The notes under the pieces are model-generated. The model had not been told where the DNA came from, did not search any database, and saw only the letters and a list, made by a program, of their open reading frames with translations. Shown in pieces: positions 53,676-64,000 of a stretch of DNA of 64,000 bases; the first letter of the stretch is position 1; every line of letters starts with the position of its first letter. Origin of the DNA: Anolis carolinensis (taxonomy: Eukaryota). Position numbers and translations under genes: made by a program. The DNA lies in assembly GCF_035594765.1 (NCBI RefSeq), contig NC_085844.1, forward strand, positions 204,864,107-204,928,106. The letters run 5' to 3'.

Positions 53676-54152
53676 TGAAGGGACCATAAGCCAGAAAATA
53701 GTAGACTTTTGCATATATAGCTTTGCCTCAGCTTATATCATATTAGCTTCATATAGACAAAGTAAGCTCTTTGTATGAGCCAAAGTAACAAAGGACCAGT
53801 GCCTCTCCCTTTCTCTTAGGCTGGTACCTTCTCCAGAAAGTTCCAAGGCCAAATGCTAGCTTGAGACCAACAAGTGAGATCATAGACACCACTTGTGCCA
53901 AAGAGGTGTGGAGGTGAAGAAGACCCTCAGTAATTGGTCAAGTTTAGATAAGCCGACATATATGTCCTTTGTTTGCGACGCCACGCTTCGCGGCAGCCAT
54001 TTGCAAGTACAAACTTTTTGGGGTGTGTACGGCTGTCCCACCTTCTCATAGCTATGTGAAAATAAACTTTGCTTTTGTATTCTCACAAGACTGGGTTTTC
54101 TGTCTCATTGCCTCCTGTGCCAGAACTCCTTTTTGAGATAAATTGTCTTACA
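53676..54152 (+). mobile_element. Solo LTR (477 bp, TG...CA, 4-bp TSD GTAG)
   Basis: GTAG|TGAAGGG...CTTACA|GTAG, with AATAAA at ~54061. The empty site is visible in the paralogous segment near 41635-41645. Confidence 0.85.
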
Positions 54153-54391
54153 GTAGCTTCTAGAATAAACTTGCGAATGTTGTGATTGGTTTGGAAACTG
54201 AAAGTACTACATGGTAGAAAGTCTGGTAGGAACTCAGAATATTTGTCCACAAGAGAATATTTGATATTATAATATTGCATCCTCAAAGTGATGCTATTTG
54301 CACACTGTCATGGAGAAATACTTTCTTCACAGCGATTCACAAAATGTTATACCCAATATAATACTGATTTGTTTACGTTTAATTTCCACAG

Positions 54392-54697
54392 GAAAATATA
54401 TCTCTGGTATATTTAGAAGTTGTGCCCTGTGGACTTCTGCAGTGAGCAGCATAATTTTTAGATTTTGCAAATCGCATGGTCAGCACTGCCCTCATAATGA
54501 GTTACGATGACAAATATGAGCCCCTGCAGGAGAGGCATAAAATCCATCTTAAAAGGAAAAGCTGGGCCAAGTCCCTTCTTAAGGATAAGCACCAAAACAA
54601 AGGAGCCAATAAGCATCTCCAAAACCCACAACAAAAGGAATTTCTCAGAAGGAGGAATGTAAGAATCAAACAGCGTTGTTATCTCTTTGTCTACTGA
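54392..54697 (+). pseudogene. Decayed plus-strand copy of the TRAF3IP3-like first coding exon
   Basis: Encodes SYDDKYEPLQERHKIHLKRKSW...QKEFLRRRNVRI, paralogous to 41085-41366. The start ATG appears as ATA, and a deletion of roughly 95 nt removes the exon end and donor. Confidence 0.85.
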
Positions 54698-54897
54698 TCA
54701 GGTAATATAGTAGGATCATCAATTAAAGCCCCACTCAAAACATGTTAATTTAGAAATCAAAACCAGTGTATTCAATGGCCTAATTTATTACTGCCTTTAT
54801 ATGGTCTATGTTTTAGACACGACTTCAGTCTTTATAAACCACTTGAAATCTGTAGCAATATGGCAAAAATAGACCTGTTAGCCTATTTGCCACATTG

Positions 54898-56637
54898 TTG
54901 AAGGGGCATGGTTGTAAAAGATGTAAAAATACTCCTCTTAATCCAAAGTCAAAAGCAGGAGGCCCCTTTTCTGTGAAGAGGGTGAGGAAAAACATCACAA
55001 AAGTTGGATCTTCAAACTGCAAAAGAACTATTTATTGCGTGGCCATAGCAATGTGACAAATACATGCATACATGCAATCAAAGGATTTGTCCGAATTTCC
55101 AAAATGGTTGCAAGGGTTTTATTACCTCCACAGAAATTAGCAAGCATATCCTTATTGGCTTACAAAGATCATTTACCCCATTTGTCTAATGTTGTCTACG
55201 TCACAAGCATCTTAACCATCATGCAATCCCATTGGGTTTCTATGCTGTAACAACATGTAATTCTTTAGACAATGGTGCTTTCATGTTACTGACCCTGACT
55301 TGTTGCAAGTATATGCTCGAAATCGTATGGGAACCGGTTCTGACTTGATGTATTGTTATTATTTGAAAATAACTTCTTTTCTCTGGAACAACTCTTTTCC
55401 CAAACATCAGCATTTTCTCCCAAGTGCAGGCCTTCCTCAAACATAGGCCTTTTGCAACTTAGGTCAATCAAAACATATGGAACTTATAGTCATTACAAGT
55501 ATCTTTGAAAATTCTTTTTAAACCCACGTCTCCCTCACTGTAAAGCAGTGGGAAATTAATTGTCTGACATCCAGGGGTAGAGCTAGACTATAATTTTCCC
55601 TAGCAGTTGGTCAGACCATGGTGTGATGGAGCGTGCCTTGGTTTGCTTATGTGAGACAGCCACACACCCCGATCCGCCTCTTTGAATCTTTTTGGAAGAG
55701 GGAGAAAGCAGCAGTATTAGCTGTTGCCTCAGATTTAATGATTGGAAAGGAGACTGGGGCATTTCTCTGTTTACTTGCTAATATTTTTTATTTACTTACT
55801 TATTTGTGTTTTCCCTTTAGTGAGAGGGACGTGGGTTTAGAAAAAGAATTTTCAAAGACACTTGTAATGACTATAAGTCCCATATGTTTTTATTGACCTA
55901 AGTTGCAAAAGGCCTATGTTTAAGGAAGACCTGCGCTTGAGAGAAAATGCTGATGTTTGGGGAAAGAGTTGTTCCAGAGAAAAGAAGTTACTTTCAAATG
56001 ATAACAATACATCAAGTCACAACCAGTTCCCATACGATTTCGAGCTTATACTTGCAACAAGGAATAGATAAGGAGGTACTGAGATCAGGATCAATAACAT
56101 AAAAGCCCGATTGTCTAAAGAATCACATGTTGTTACAGCATAGAAAACCAATGGAATTGCATGACGGTTAAGATGCTTGTGACATAGCCAACATTAGACA
56201 AATGGGGTAAATTATCTTTGTAAGCCAATGCTTGCTAATTTCTGTGTTGATAAAAACCCTTGCAACCATTTTGAAAATTCGGACAAATCCTTTGATTGCA
56301 TGTAGAATCATAGAATCATAGAATAGTAGAGTTGGAAGAGACCTCATGGGCCATCTAGTCCAACCCTCAGCTAAGAAGCAGGAAATCGCATTCAAAGCAC
56401 CCCCGACAGATGGCCATCCAGCCTCTGCTTAAAAGCTTCCAAAGAAGGAGCCTCCACCACAGTCCGGGGGAGAGAGTATGCATTTATTTGTCACATTGTT
56501 ATGGCCACGCAATAAATAGTTCTTTTGCAGTTTGAAGATCCAACTTTCGTGGTGTCTTTCCTCGCCCTCTCCACAGAAAAGGGGCCTCCTGCTTTTGACT
56601 GGATTAAGAGGAGTATCTTTACATCTTTGCCCCTTCA
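54898..56637. repeat. Large inverted repeat (arms ~54898-55540 and ~55819-56637, spacer ~280 bp)
   Basis: For example AACATAGGCCTTTTGCAACTTAGGTCAAT (55440) versus ATTGACCTAAGTTGCAAAAGGCCTATGTT (55892). The arms align throughout except for a CR1 insert in the right arm. Confidence 0.95.
56303..56476 (-). mobile_element. CR1 LINE 3' end inserted in the right arm of the palindrome
   Basis: (CATAGAAT)n tail on +, absent from the left arm. Confidence 0.9.
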
Positions 56638-57011
56638 TTAGTACCTTTAGTAGCTTCCCTTCTTCTTTCATTTCACCTGTAATTAATTTGAGTTCTTTGT
56701 TATTTACCTTTGGTGGGCTAGTACAACAAACTGGGACTCCTTTTCAGTTCCTTTCAGGGTCGTTTGGGCTTCATATCTAGGCTCCAGCTGAGCCTGAGCT
56801 GTAGGCCGCCATTTGGCTGCTTTTGTCTGGCAGGAGATTGGGCCTCATTGTCCAGGCCTGTTAAGCTTCCCTGGTCATGAGGTGTTTAGGCAGCTCTGAT
56901 ACCTGCTGCAAGAGGTCTAATTGGTGGGCATCCAATCATTATATCACTAGTAGGCCCATGCCATGTGCTCAGCCACCATTTTATTTAGTCATTCATTCAT
57001 TCATTTATTTA

Positions 57012-57125
57012 AAACTGGAAAGAGAAGGTATAGGTAAAAACAAGGACTGGGATCAAACCGCAAAATATATGACAGCAGCAATCCAAGCAACTGTAGCTTT
57101 TGGATGGAAAGAGCAAAAGAACTGT
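57012..57125 (+). mobile_element. Short L1 ORF2 C-terminal fragment
   Basis: KYMTAAIQATVAFGW is nearly identical to KYMTAAIQATIARGW of the L1 ORF at 59402-59800. Confidence 0.7.
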
Positions 57126-57499
57126 GACATTTTAAAATGTATTTTATTTGGTTATGCAGGTATAATTTGCTCTCCTTTTATTGATATAATCTTGTAGCAT
57201 ATAATCTGATAAATATTCATACAGTTTTTTAATTTTCCATTTCACCCTCTGTTGTCCTACTTAAAAAGCTGTTTTGAAAATGTCCCAGTCTCTTTCACCT
57301 TCACCCCCTACTTCTGCCATGACCTTTGTTTACTTCAAATGCTGCCAACAGAGCTGAAAAAATACTTTGCGCCCAATGAACACAGCAGAAGAGGAGAGGA
57401 AGGAACAAAATTTTGCTCTTCTCCATAATATTAGACAAAAGCAGAATTGTTGCAGCTTCCCTTATCTAGTACATTTGCCACCTTTCCATTTTGATATTA

Positions 57500-58065
57500 C
57501 TTATTTATTTGTTTGTTTGTTTGTTTATTTTTTTTATTTATATACCGCTCTTCTCCCCAGGGGGACCCAGAGCGGTCTTACACAATGGCAGAATTAGATG
57601 CCACATATAATACAAAATGTAAAACACAAAAGTCGATATCCAAATCCAATTAAAATAATAAAACCCTTGTGACTGTTACAACAGGGGCAGTAGAACTGAG
57701 CCAAAAGTCAGAGCCAGTCCGTGTTCAACTTCATATTAATACTAAGAATCCATCAGGTCATATCAACCCATATCCTAGGATGGGCCAAAAGCTTGGTCCC
57801 ACATCCAGGTCTTCAGCTGCTTCCTAAAAGATATGAGTGAGGGGGCTTCCCAAATCTCCCTTGGCAAGGAGTTCCACAACCGCAGAGCCACCACCGAAAA
57901 AGCTATGTCTCTCGTCCCCGCCAACCACACCTGTGATGGCTGCGGGAACAAGAGTAGGGCCTCACTCGAAGATCTTAATCTGCGGGACGGCTTGTAGGGG
58001 GAGATACGTTTGGAGAGGTAAGTTGGACCAGAGCCATTTAGGGTTTTGTAGGCCAAAGTCAGCAC
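57500..58065 (-). mobile_element. L2 LINE 3' fragment
   Basis: YKTLNGSGPTYL...P.R.LRSS...AFSV.A..LWNSLP...FRKQLKT is the typical L2 C-terminus. (TAAA)n-type tail. Confidence 0.88.
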
Positions 58066-59092
58066 TTCAACAGGTGTTGATTTTACATCAACAGACATCA
58101 CTTTGACAGGCGTTGATATTACTTCGACAGGCATCTCTTCGTTTTCATTTCTGAAATGTTAAAAGAAACACACTGTATAAATGTTGTATGAAAATACAAA
58201 AAGAAAGAAAGGAGAAGATAATAATACTTACAATTTTTGTGTACAGTATTTCTGGTAAGCCCAGTCTAGCAACAGCCAACAAAGGATGAATAAAAATGCT
58301 GTAAGGAAAAAGGGGAGAGAAGTTATTTTTATAAGAACCAACCAAAGAGTTTATTTATTTTATTAGGTAGTAAATAGCCCTTTTATCAATTAAAATAAAT
58401 ATAGGTGGTTATTACCAAATTTCCTTCACATACAGTGGGACTATGTGATTTATCCCAGCACTAAACACCTTAAGATAAAAATACTCCAAGTATTTATATT
58501 AATTATTCCAAAACAACAGGTCTTTTTAAAGAACCTATAATATCAATGCTTGGAGCTGCCCCCATTCAGTGAACCAACAAAGCCAAAAAACAAACACACA
58601 CACACACACACACACACTCTCCTGTGTTATTTGTCTTTTCAGCTATCAGTGTCAAACTTTTGAAAATTCAAGCTTCTCCCAGTACCTATCATTGGGAATG
58701 TGGGAAGCCTACCAATCCAATATTTGTAAAATGCATGTCAGGAATTACAATTAATAGATCAGACTAAAGTTACTCTCAAAGTGTAAACAATCTAGAAAGG
58801 CACATCAAAAAGAAATATGAAGCCCACAGGCATTGTAATCTCATGACAAAGCAAAATATTCATCTGAAAAGTAATAAATGACTTTGCATGGCTTGACCTA
58901 TTTACATTTTCTCAAATTAAGTAAAATTGGAAACATAAAATCAAGTAAAGGATTAAAAACAGAAGTTTAAAGAGTAATCAGCAATAAAGTTCCTTGCCCT
59001 AATGAACTAAAGTTATAAAATTTTCTAGAAAATAATAGAGAATTACTTTTAAACACTAGAAAATAATGTCTCTAGAATGGAGAATCACTCTT

Positions 59093-61633
59093 TTTTAAAA
59101 TTTTAAATTTATTTGATACATCCCAACAATTAACAATTTTTTGCCATACATGACTTATTTCAGTGTACATTATTCCAAAAGTGACTATTCCTTAAATGAC
59201 ATTTTAAACGATCCTCGGAAATGTATCACTCACCACCGCCGCTCTCCCCCCCATTCCCCCTACCCCCTAGAACAGCAATATAAAATATTAATAAATGCAT
59301 CATTTTAACCGTGTGAAACGCCTGGTTCAAGGTGGTGTATCTTTCATCTCCGTCTATTTTGTCAATAAGCACGGATCATTTCCTGAACCAGTCTTGTTCT
59401 TTTAGGTTATTTGTATACTTTTTTCCCTTTGATTGATGAAGTCATTAATTATATATTCTGATATATAAGCCCACCAAGTTTCTATGTCCCATTTTGTATC
59501 ATCCCTCCATCCTCGGGCTATCGTGGCTTGTATTGCGGCTGTCATATATTTTAGTATCTCTGTCCAATTATTGTTATCTTCCTTTACCTTTATCGTGAGA
59601 GACATGTATCTGGCTTTGTCCCATATTAATTCTTTCCCTGTTATTTCTTCCATTACTTTTCTTATTTTACTATAAAAGTTCTGAATTTTTCTACAGTCCC
59701 ACCACATGTGGGAGTATGAACCTATTCCCCCACATTTGTGCCAACACTTGTTTGAGGTATTTCCCGTTATGTGTGCTAATTGGAGGGGCGTCTGTACCAT
59801 TTAGAGATTATTTTCCTTTGAGTTTCTTTGATTCTTATATGTTTAATTTATTAATATTATAAATCCAAGACCCGATTAGTTTCTCAGTGAAGTTTTTTTT
59901 CCTGTTTCCAGTTCTCTATAAGAGTTGTTTTTGTATTATAAGTTAAGGTGGTTAGTTCGTCATACAATAGCCCAGTCATTCCTTTCTATTTTCCTTTTAA
60001 TTATTCTATCCGGTGAGGTTTCAGCTGTTTCTCTTCTTTTCATGGCCTGAGCTTTACTGGACAGACCTAACTATGCTATCCAGTTCTCTTGACCACATTT
60101 ATCTTTTATTTTATCCCACTTTAATATTTCTCCATTGGGATCCATGAGGTCCCCAATCCTTTTGATACCATTTTCTTTCAGTGCCCTAATTAGATTCCTG
60201 AATGTTCTATACTTATTTTCCAATGTTTATAATGGGAAAGGGTCAATTTTATTTATTTTTAATTTAGTTTGCTATTTTTTCCAGATTAACAACATTGTTA
60301 AACAAGGGCAGCTTTTAAGTTCTTTAGGTCTTTTCCATCTATTCTCTCTCCCATTGATGTTTCTTTTTGCCAACTATTTGCTTCCTTTTCTAGTTGCACC
60401 CATTTTTGACCCTTCCAATTCGAATTCTAGTAACCTAGCTAACTGACTTGCCTCAGAGTATATTCCCAACGAGGGAGTCCCCCATCCACCCATTTTTTGT
60501 TTACTATAATATAAGAAGTTAGCAATTCTGTTTTTGAGATATTCACCGGGAGGATCTGGAACAAGAATAAGAACTTGGGCAAGATCTTCATCTTGTAAAT
60601 TTTTAGCCTTGTGGATATATCTCGAAATTTCTTTCCCCATGTGATGATTTGTTTGCTTATATTTTTCCATAGATTATTGTAGTTCATTGGTATGATATTA
60701 TTGATTTTTTTTTTTTTTGGTATATCTACCCGCAGGTATTTCATCTTCCTTTTTCCCCAATTTTACTCCCATAATGTTTTGAACCTTCTTAAGTTCTTTC
60801 CATGTTAGATTTTTATGTAATATCTCTGATTTCCCTAAATTAATTGTGAGGCCTGAAGTTTTATCAAATTCCTTGACTGTTTAGACTATTGATTGTAGTG
60901 ACTCCTTCACCTCCCCTAACATTATCATAACATCATCAGCGTATAGATTGATCTTAATGACTTCCTTGCCCACTTTATAACCTTTAATAACCGGGTTGTT
61001 CCTTACTGAGTTTGCTAAGGGTTCGATGGTCAGTGAAAATAGGGCTGGAGAAAGGGGGCATCCCTGTTTAGTTCCCCTATTAATATTTATTTTTCTAGCT
61101 TGTGCCCCATTTACTGAGATGGTAGCTTTGTTTTCACTATATAGTTATTTTATTACCTTACACACTTTCCCCCATATTGCATTCCTCACAGAATCTATTC
61201 AAATATTTGTGATCTAATGAGTCGAATGCTTAGCAAAAGTCCAATTTTAATATGAGTACTTTAGATTTTTTTCTGTGGCATGGTTCAAAATGTTCAAAAT
61301 ATTCCTTATAGAGTCCGCTAATTTCCTATCACTTGAGCCAGATGGCTTTACAACAAACTTTTAAAAATATTTAAAGACGAAATTACTCCCAACCTATTTA
61401 CACTCTTTAATGAAATTATGGAGAAACAAAAAGTACCAAATTCTTGTAAATTCTCTGAAATTATCACAATCTTAAAGCCAAATAAGGATGAAACTGATTG
61501 TAACTCATATAGACCAATATCCCTATGCAATGTGGATTGCAAAATATTCACTAAAATATTAGTAAATAAACTGAAGGATATAATTCCAGATATAATTCAC
61601 GAAGATAAATGCGGATTTGTAAAAAAAAAGAAA
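59093..61633 (-). mobile_element. Degenerate L1 ORF2/3' end with a 5' inversion (61335-61633 in opposite orientation)
   Basis: RT motifs GTKQGCPLSP and YADD plus CWHKC...H on -. PDGF...SYRPISLCNVD.KI...GFVK on +. TSD AGAATG(G/T)AGAATCACTCTT at 59074-59092 and 61634-61652. Confidence 0.9.
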
Positions 61634-64000
61634 AGAATGTAGAATCACTCTTAAACGCTGTAGTTGAAGCAAAACAATTGAGTCTATTAAAGATACTTTG
61701 AAGTGAGAAGAGGAATTTATTCATCAGATTTTGCTACATAGCCAACATACTAACATTTAGATCTTAATAATTTGAAAATGAATATTTTAATAATTCCATA
61801 AATTATTCCAGATTGAACAAGGTTTATTAAAAATAGGAAATGATGACAAAGCTAATTTACTTTAAGTGCCACAGTATTCTTTGTTGCTTTTGCAACACAT
61901 ACAAACATAGGAGAAAATGTACAAGAAATAGTATTAAAAGGGATACCTTCGGTTCTTACAACTGTTGATGCCTACTGCTAGAGGCAATGTCTACACACTT
62001 TAAACAAATGTTCACAACATGGTATCATATGCATCTTCCAACATCTTAAGCATTCGCTCAACAAGCGTCCTAATTTGATCTCCCTTGCTCCTTCCCCACT
62101 GCAGCCAGAAATGAAAAAATGTGCAGCCAGGATCATTGGTGAATATAGTGGAGAAAATAATTTTCCATTGTTTTTGCCCAGAAATCTTTGTACAGATTAT
62201 GTTTTTCTGCATGGAAAGCATAATTTGTTTCAGGGAAATAATTGGATCTTTCTTTCCAACTTCTAAGACAGAACTGTTGGCATCTGAGTATTTATGCACG
62301 TTTTCATCTGATTCTTATAGGAGCAGATTTGGGAATGGGGTTCAGCACACTGGATATCTCCTTTGAAATTAGACAAAGTCACCAGCTATGCACTGCATGC
62401 ATTATACACGTACAGTCTCCACCCCAACATAATGTTTTATTTTCATAAGCTTTGTTTAACACAAGTCAGTAAATGTTTATGCAATTCTGCTTTATTTATT
62501 TATTTATTTATTTATTTGCGACATTTATATACCGCCCTTTTCACCTCAAAGGGGACTCAGGGTGGTTTACAAGTATATATACATACAATATATTATATTA
62601 TACAACTATATTGCAATATTATTAGTAATATTGCATGTAATATAAATATACAATTATAATAGTGAATTATAATTATTATTACATTGTATTACATCATAAT
62701 ATTATTAATATTACATGTATATACAATGTATTATAATATTAGTATAGTATAATATTATTATATATCATTATATCATTAAATTGATACAGGAGACATGGTG
62801 GAAAGATGTCTTCCCGGCCCCGCCTTCTTCATTCTGCTCCAGATATAAAACTAGCATAGCATGTTATTGCGGATAGGGGCCTCTAGCTGATGTAAAGAGA
62901 CAAGATGGAACTGTCTTCATGGCTCCCTCTTAGCTCTGGCACCCGAGCGTCAGTTGGAGATGGTGGGAGGGGCCTCAGCTGATGTAAAAAGACAAGATGG
63001 AACTGTCCTCATTTTACTAAAAAGAAACAACCTATTTCTGAGGAAAAAATTAAGGAGCCAGGAAATATAAGTTCTCCTACAGCATCTATTTACAAATCTT
63101 ATACATACTCAGAGAACAGGTTGGCAAATAAAGTGCCCACTGTTTCCCACCAATGTAGCGTATAAAAGATGTCCCTACTAATGTATAGCCAGCATTACAC
63201 GAAACAACAACACTTATCTTCAGGCTCATAATATCTTTTCTTTCCCTCAATGATCAACCATTATGGATAATTAGTAGAGATATTTCTGATGATGCCCTAG
63301 CTGAAAATGAAAATAAATAATTATTAACAAAACAAAGCTAAAAAACGCCTTAAAAAAGCAACTTGTTTGAAAATAGGATGTCCTTCACCAAAGGTAACCC
63401 ATGTTATGAAAAGAATTCATGTAATGTGATCCAGACTTTTGTATTCAAATTTAAGGTCTATCCTAGATCTTCCTGGGTGAAACATCATTAACAGATTTTA
63501 ATCTAAAAACATAGGAGAGGATTCCTTAATAAGGTAATAACTTTATGCAGTGAAATTCACTTATACAGTCATCCCAGAACTTCATACTACCATTAAGTAC
63601 CTGTTTTTCTCTGTGTTTTCTCTCAGAATGGCAATTAGAAATGATGCAATATTACTTCTTGTTACTATTTTGAAGGGGATTGAAGAAAATAATATTTGGG
63701 ATTATTGTGGAGAGTGTGGCCTGCATGGGGATCAGGTGGTGGAATTGGCCTTTTCTCCCCTGTCCCATCCCTGCCATAAGTGATAGAATGGTGGCCATAT
63801 GAAAGGAGCTGCAACCATCCAAAGGAACCCAAAACCAGGCAGTGTGCCCTTTGGGGCTCTGGAGCATCCCCCCCCCCCAACCTAGACCAAAGGATGTTGA
63901 TACATAAGAACTGAATATATACCTACACAAACAAGGTTTCACAGGAGGATCCCACACATTCTAGCCTTGGCATTCTGTAGACATCTCCATTGTGTCATCA

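Larger units (their letters stand above)
51836..54794 (+). repeat. Inverted segmental duplicate of 40925-42523, interrupted by four TE insertions
   Basis: For example 51880-51940 CATTCTTCTGACAGAATTATAGTACTACCCACTTAGG is the reverse complement of 42441-42478. Collinear similarity continues to 54794/40925. Confidence 0.93.

Noticed and set aside
55035-56395. Paired ORFs sharing HAIKGFVRI.KMVARV
   Set aside because: A by-product of the inverted repeat. The frames diverge and there is no coding signature.
61990-62080. Possible minus-strand terminal exon (RTLVERMLKMLEDAYDTML*)
   Set aside because: Weak acceptor, no recognisable homology and no partner exons found.
62575-62785. Extremely AT-rich tract as a structured element
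   Set aside because: Low-complexity degenerate microsatellite attached to a LINE tail fragment.

Overview
Eukaryotic genomic DNA from a squamate reptile, probably an Anolis-type lizard (Sauria SINEs, BovB/RTE, CR1, L2, L1, many MITEs). There are no prokaryotic features. Two genes can be rebuilt by hand from GT-AG exons with consistent phases. (1) The last four coding exons of HSD11B1 lie on + (2042-15001). (2) A diverged TRAF3IP3/T3JAM-like coiled-coil gene lies on -, with 11 contiguous in-frame coding exons (41366 to 27869), followed by a tandemly duplicated exon pair whose first copy has a stop codon. This predicts a protein of about 404 aa without the usual C-terminal membrane anchor. The minus-strand gene is convergent with HSD11B1 and is flanked by inverted paralogous remnants of itself on + (23.3-24.45 kb and 51.8-54.8 kb). 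A 1.7 kb fold-back palindrome follows (54.9-56.6 kb). The best reading is an inverted duplicate nested inside a decayed copy in the ancestral orientation. The window also holds a 5'-inverted (twin-primed) L1, a solo LTR, a Helitron, a chimeric hAT MITE and several nested insertions with readable TSDs. Human protein comparisons are from memory and need confirming by alignment.
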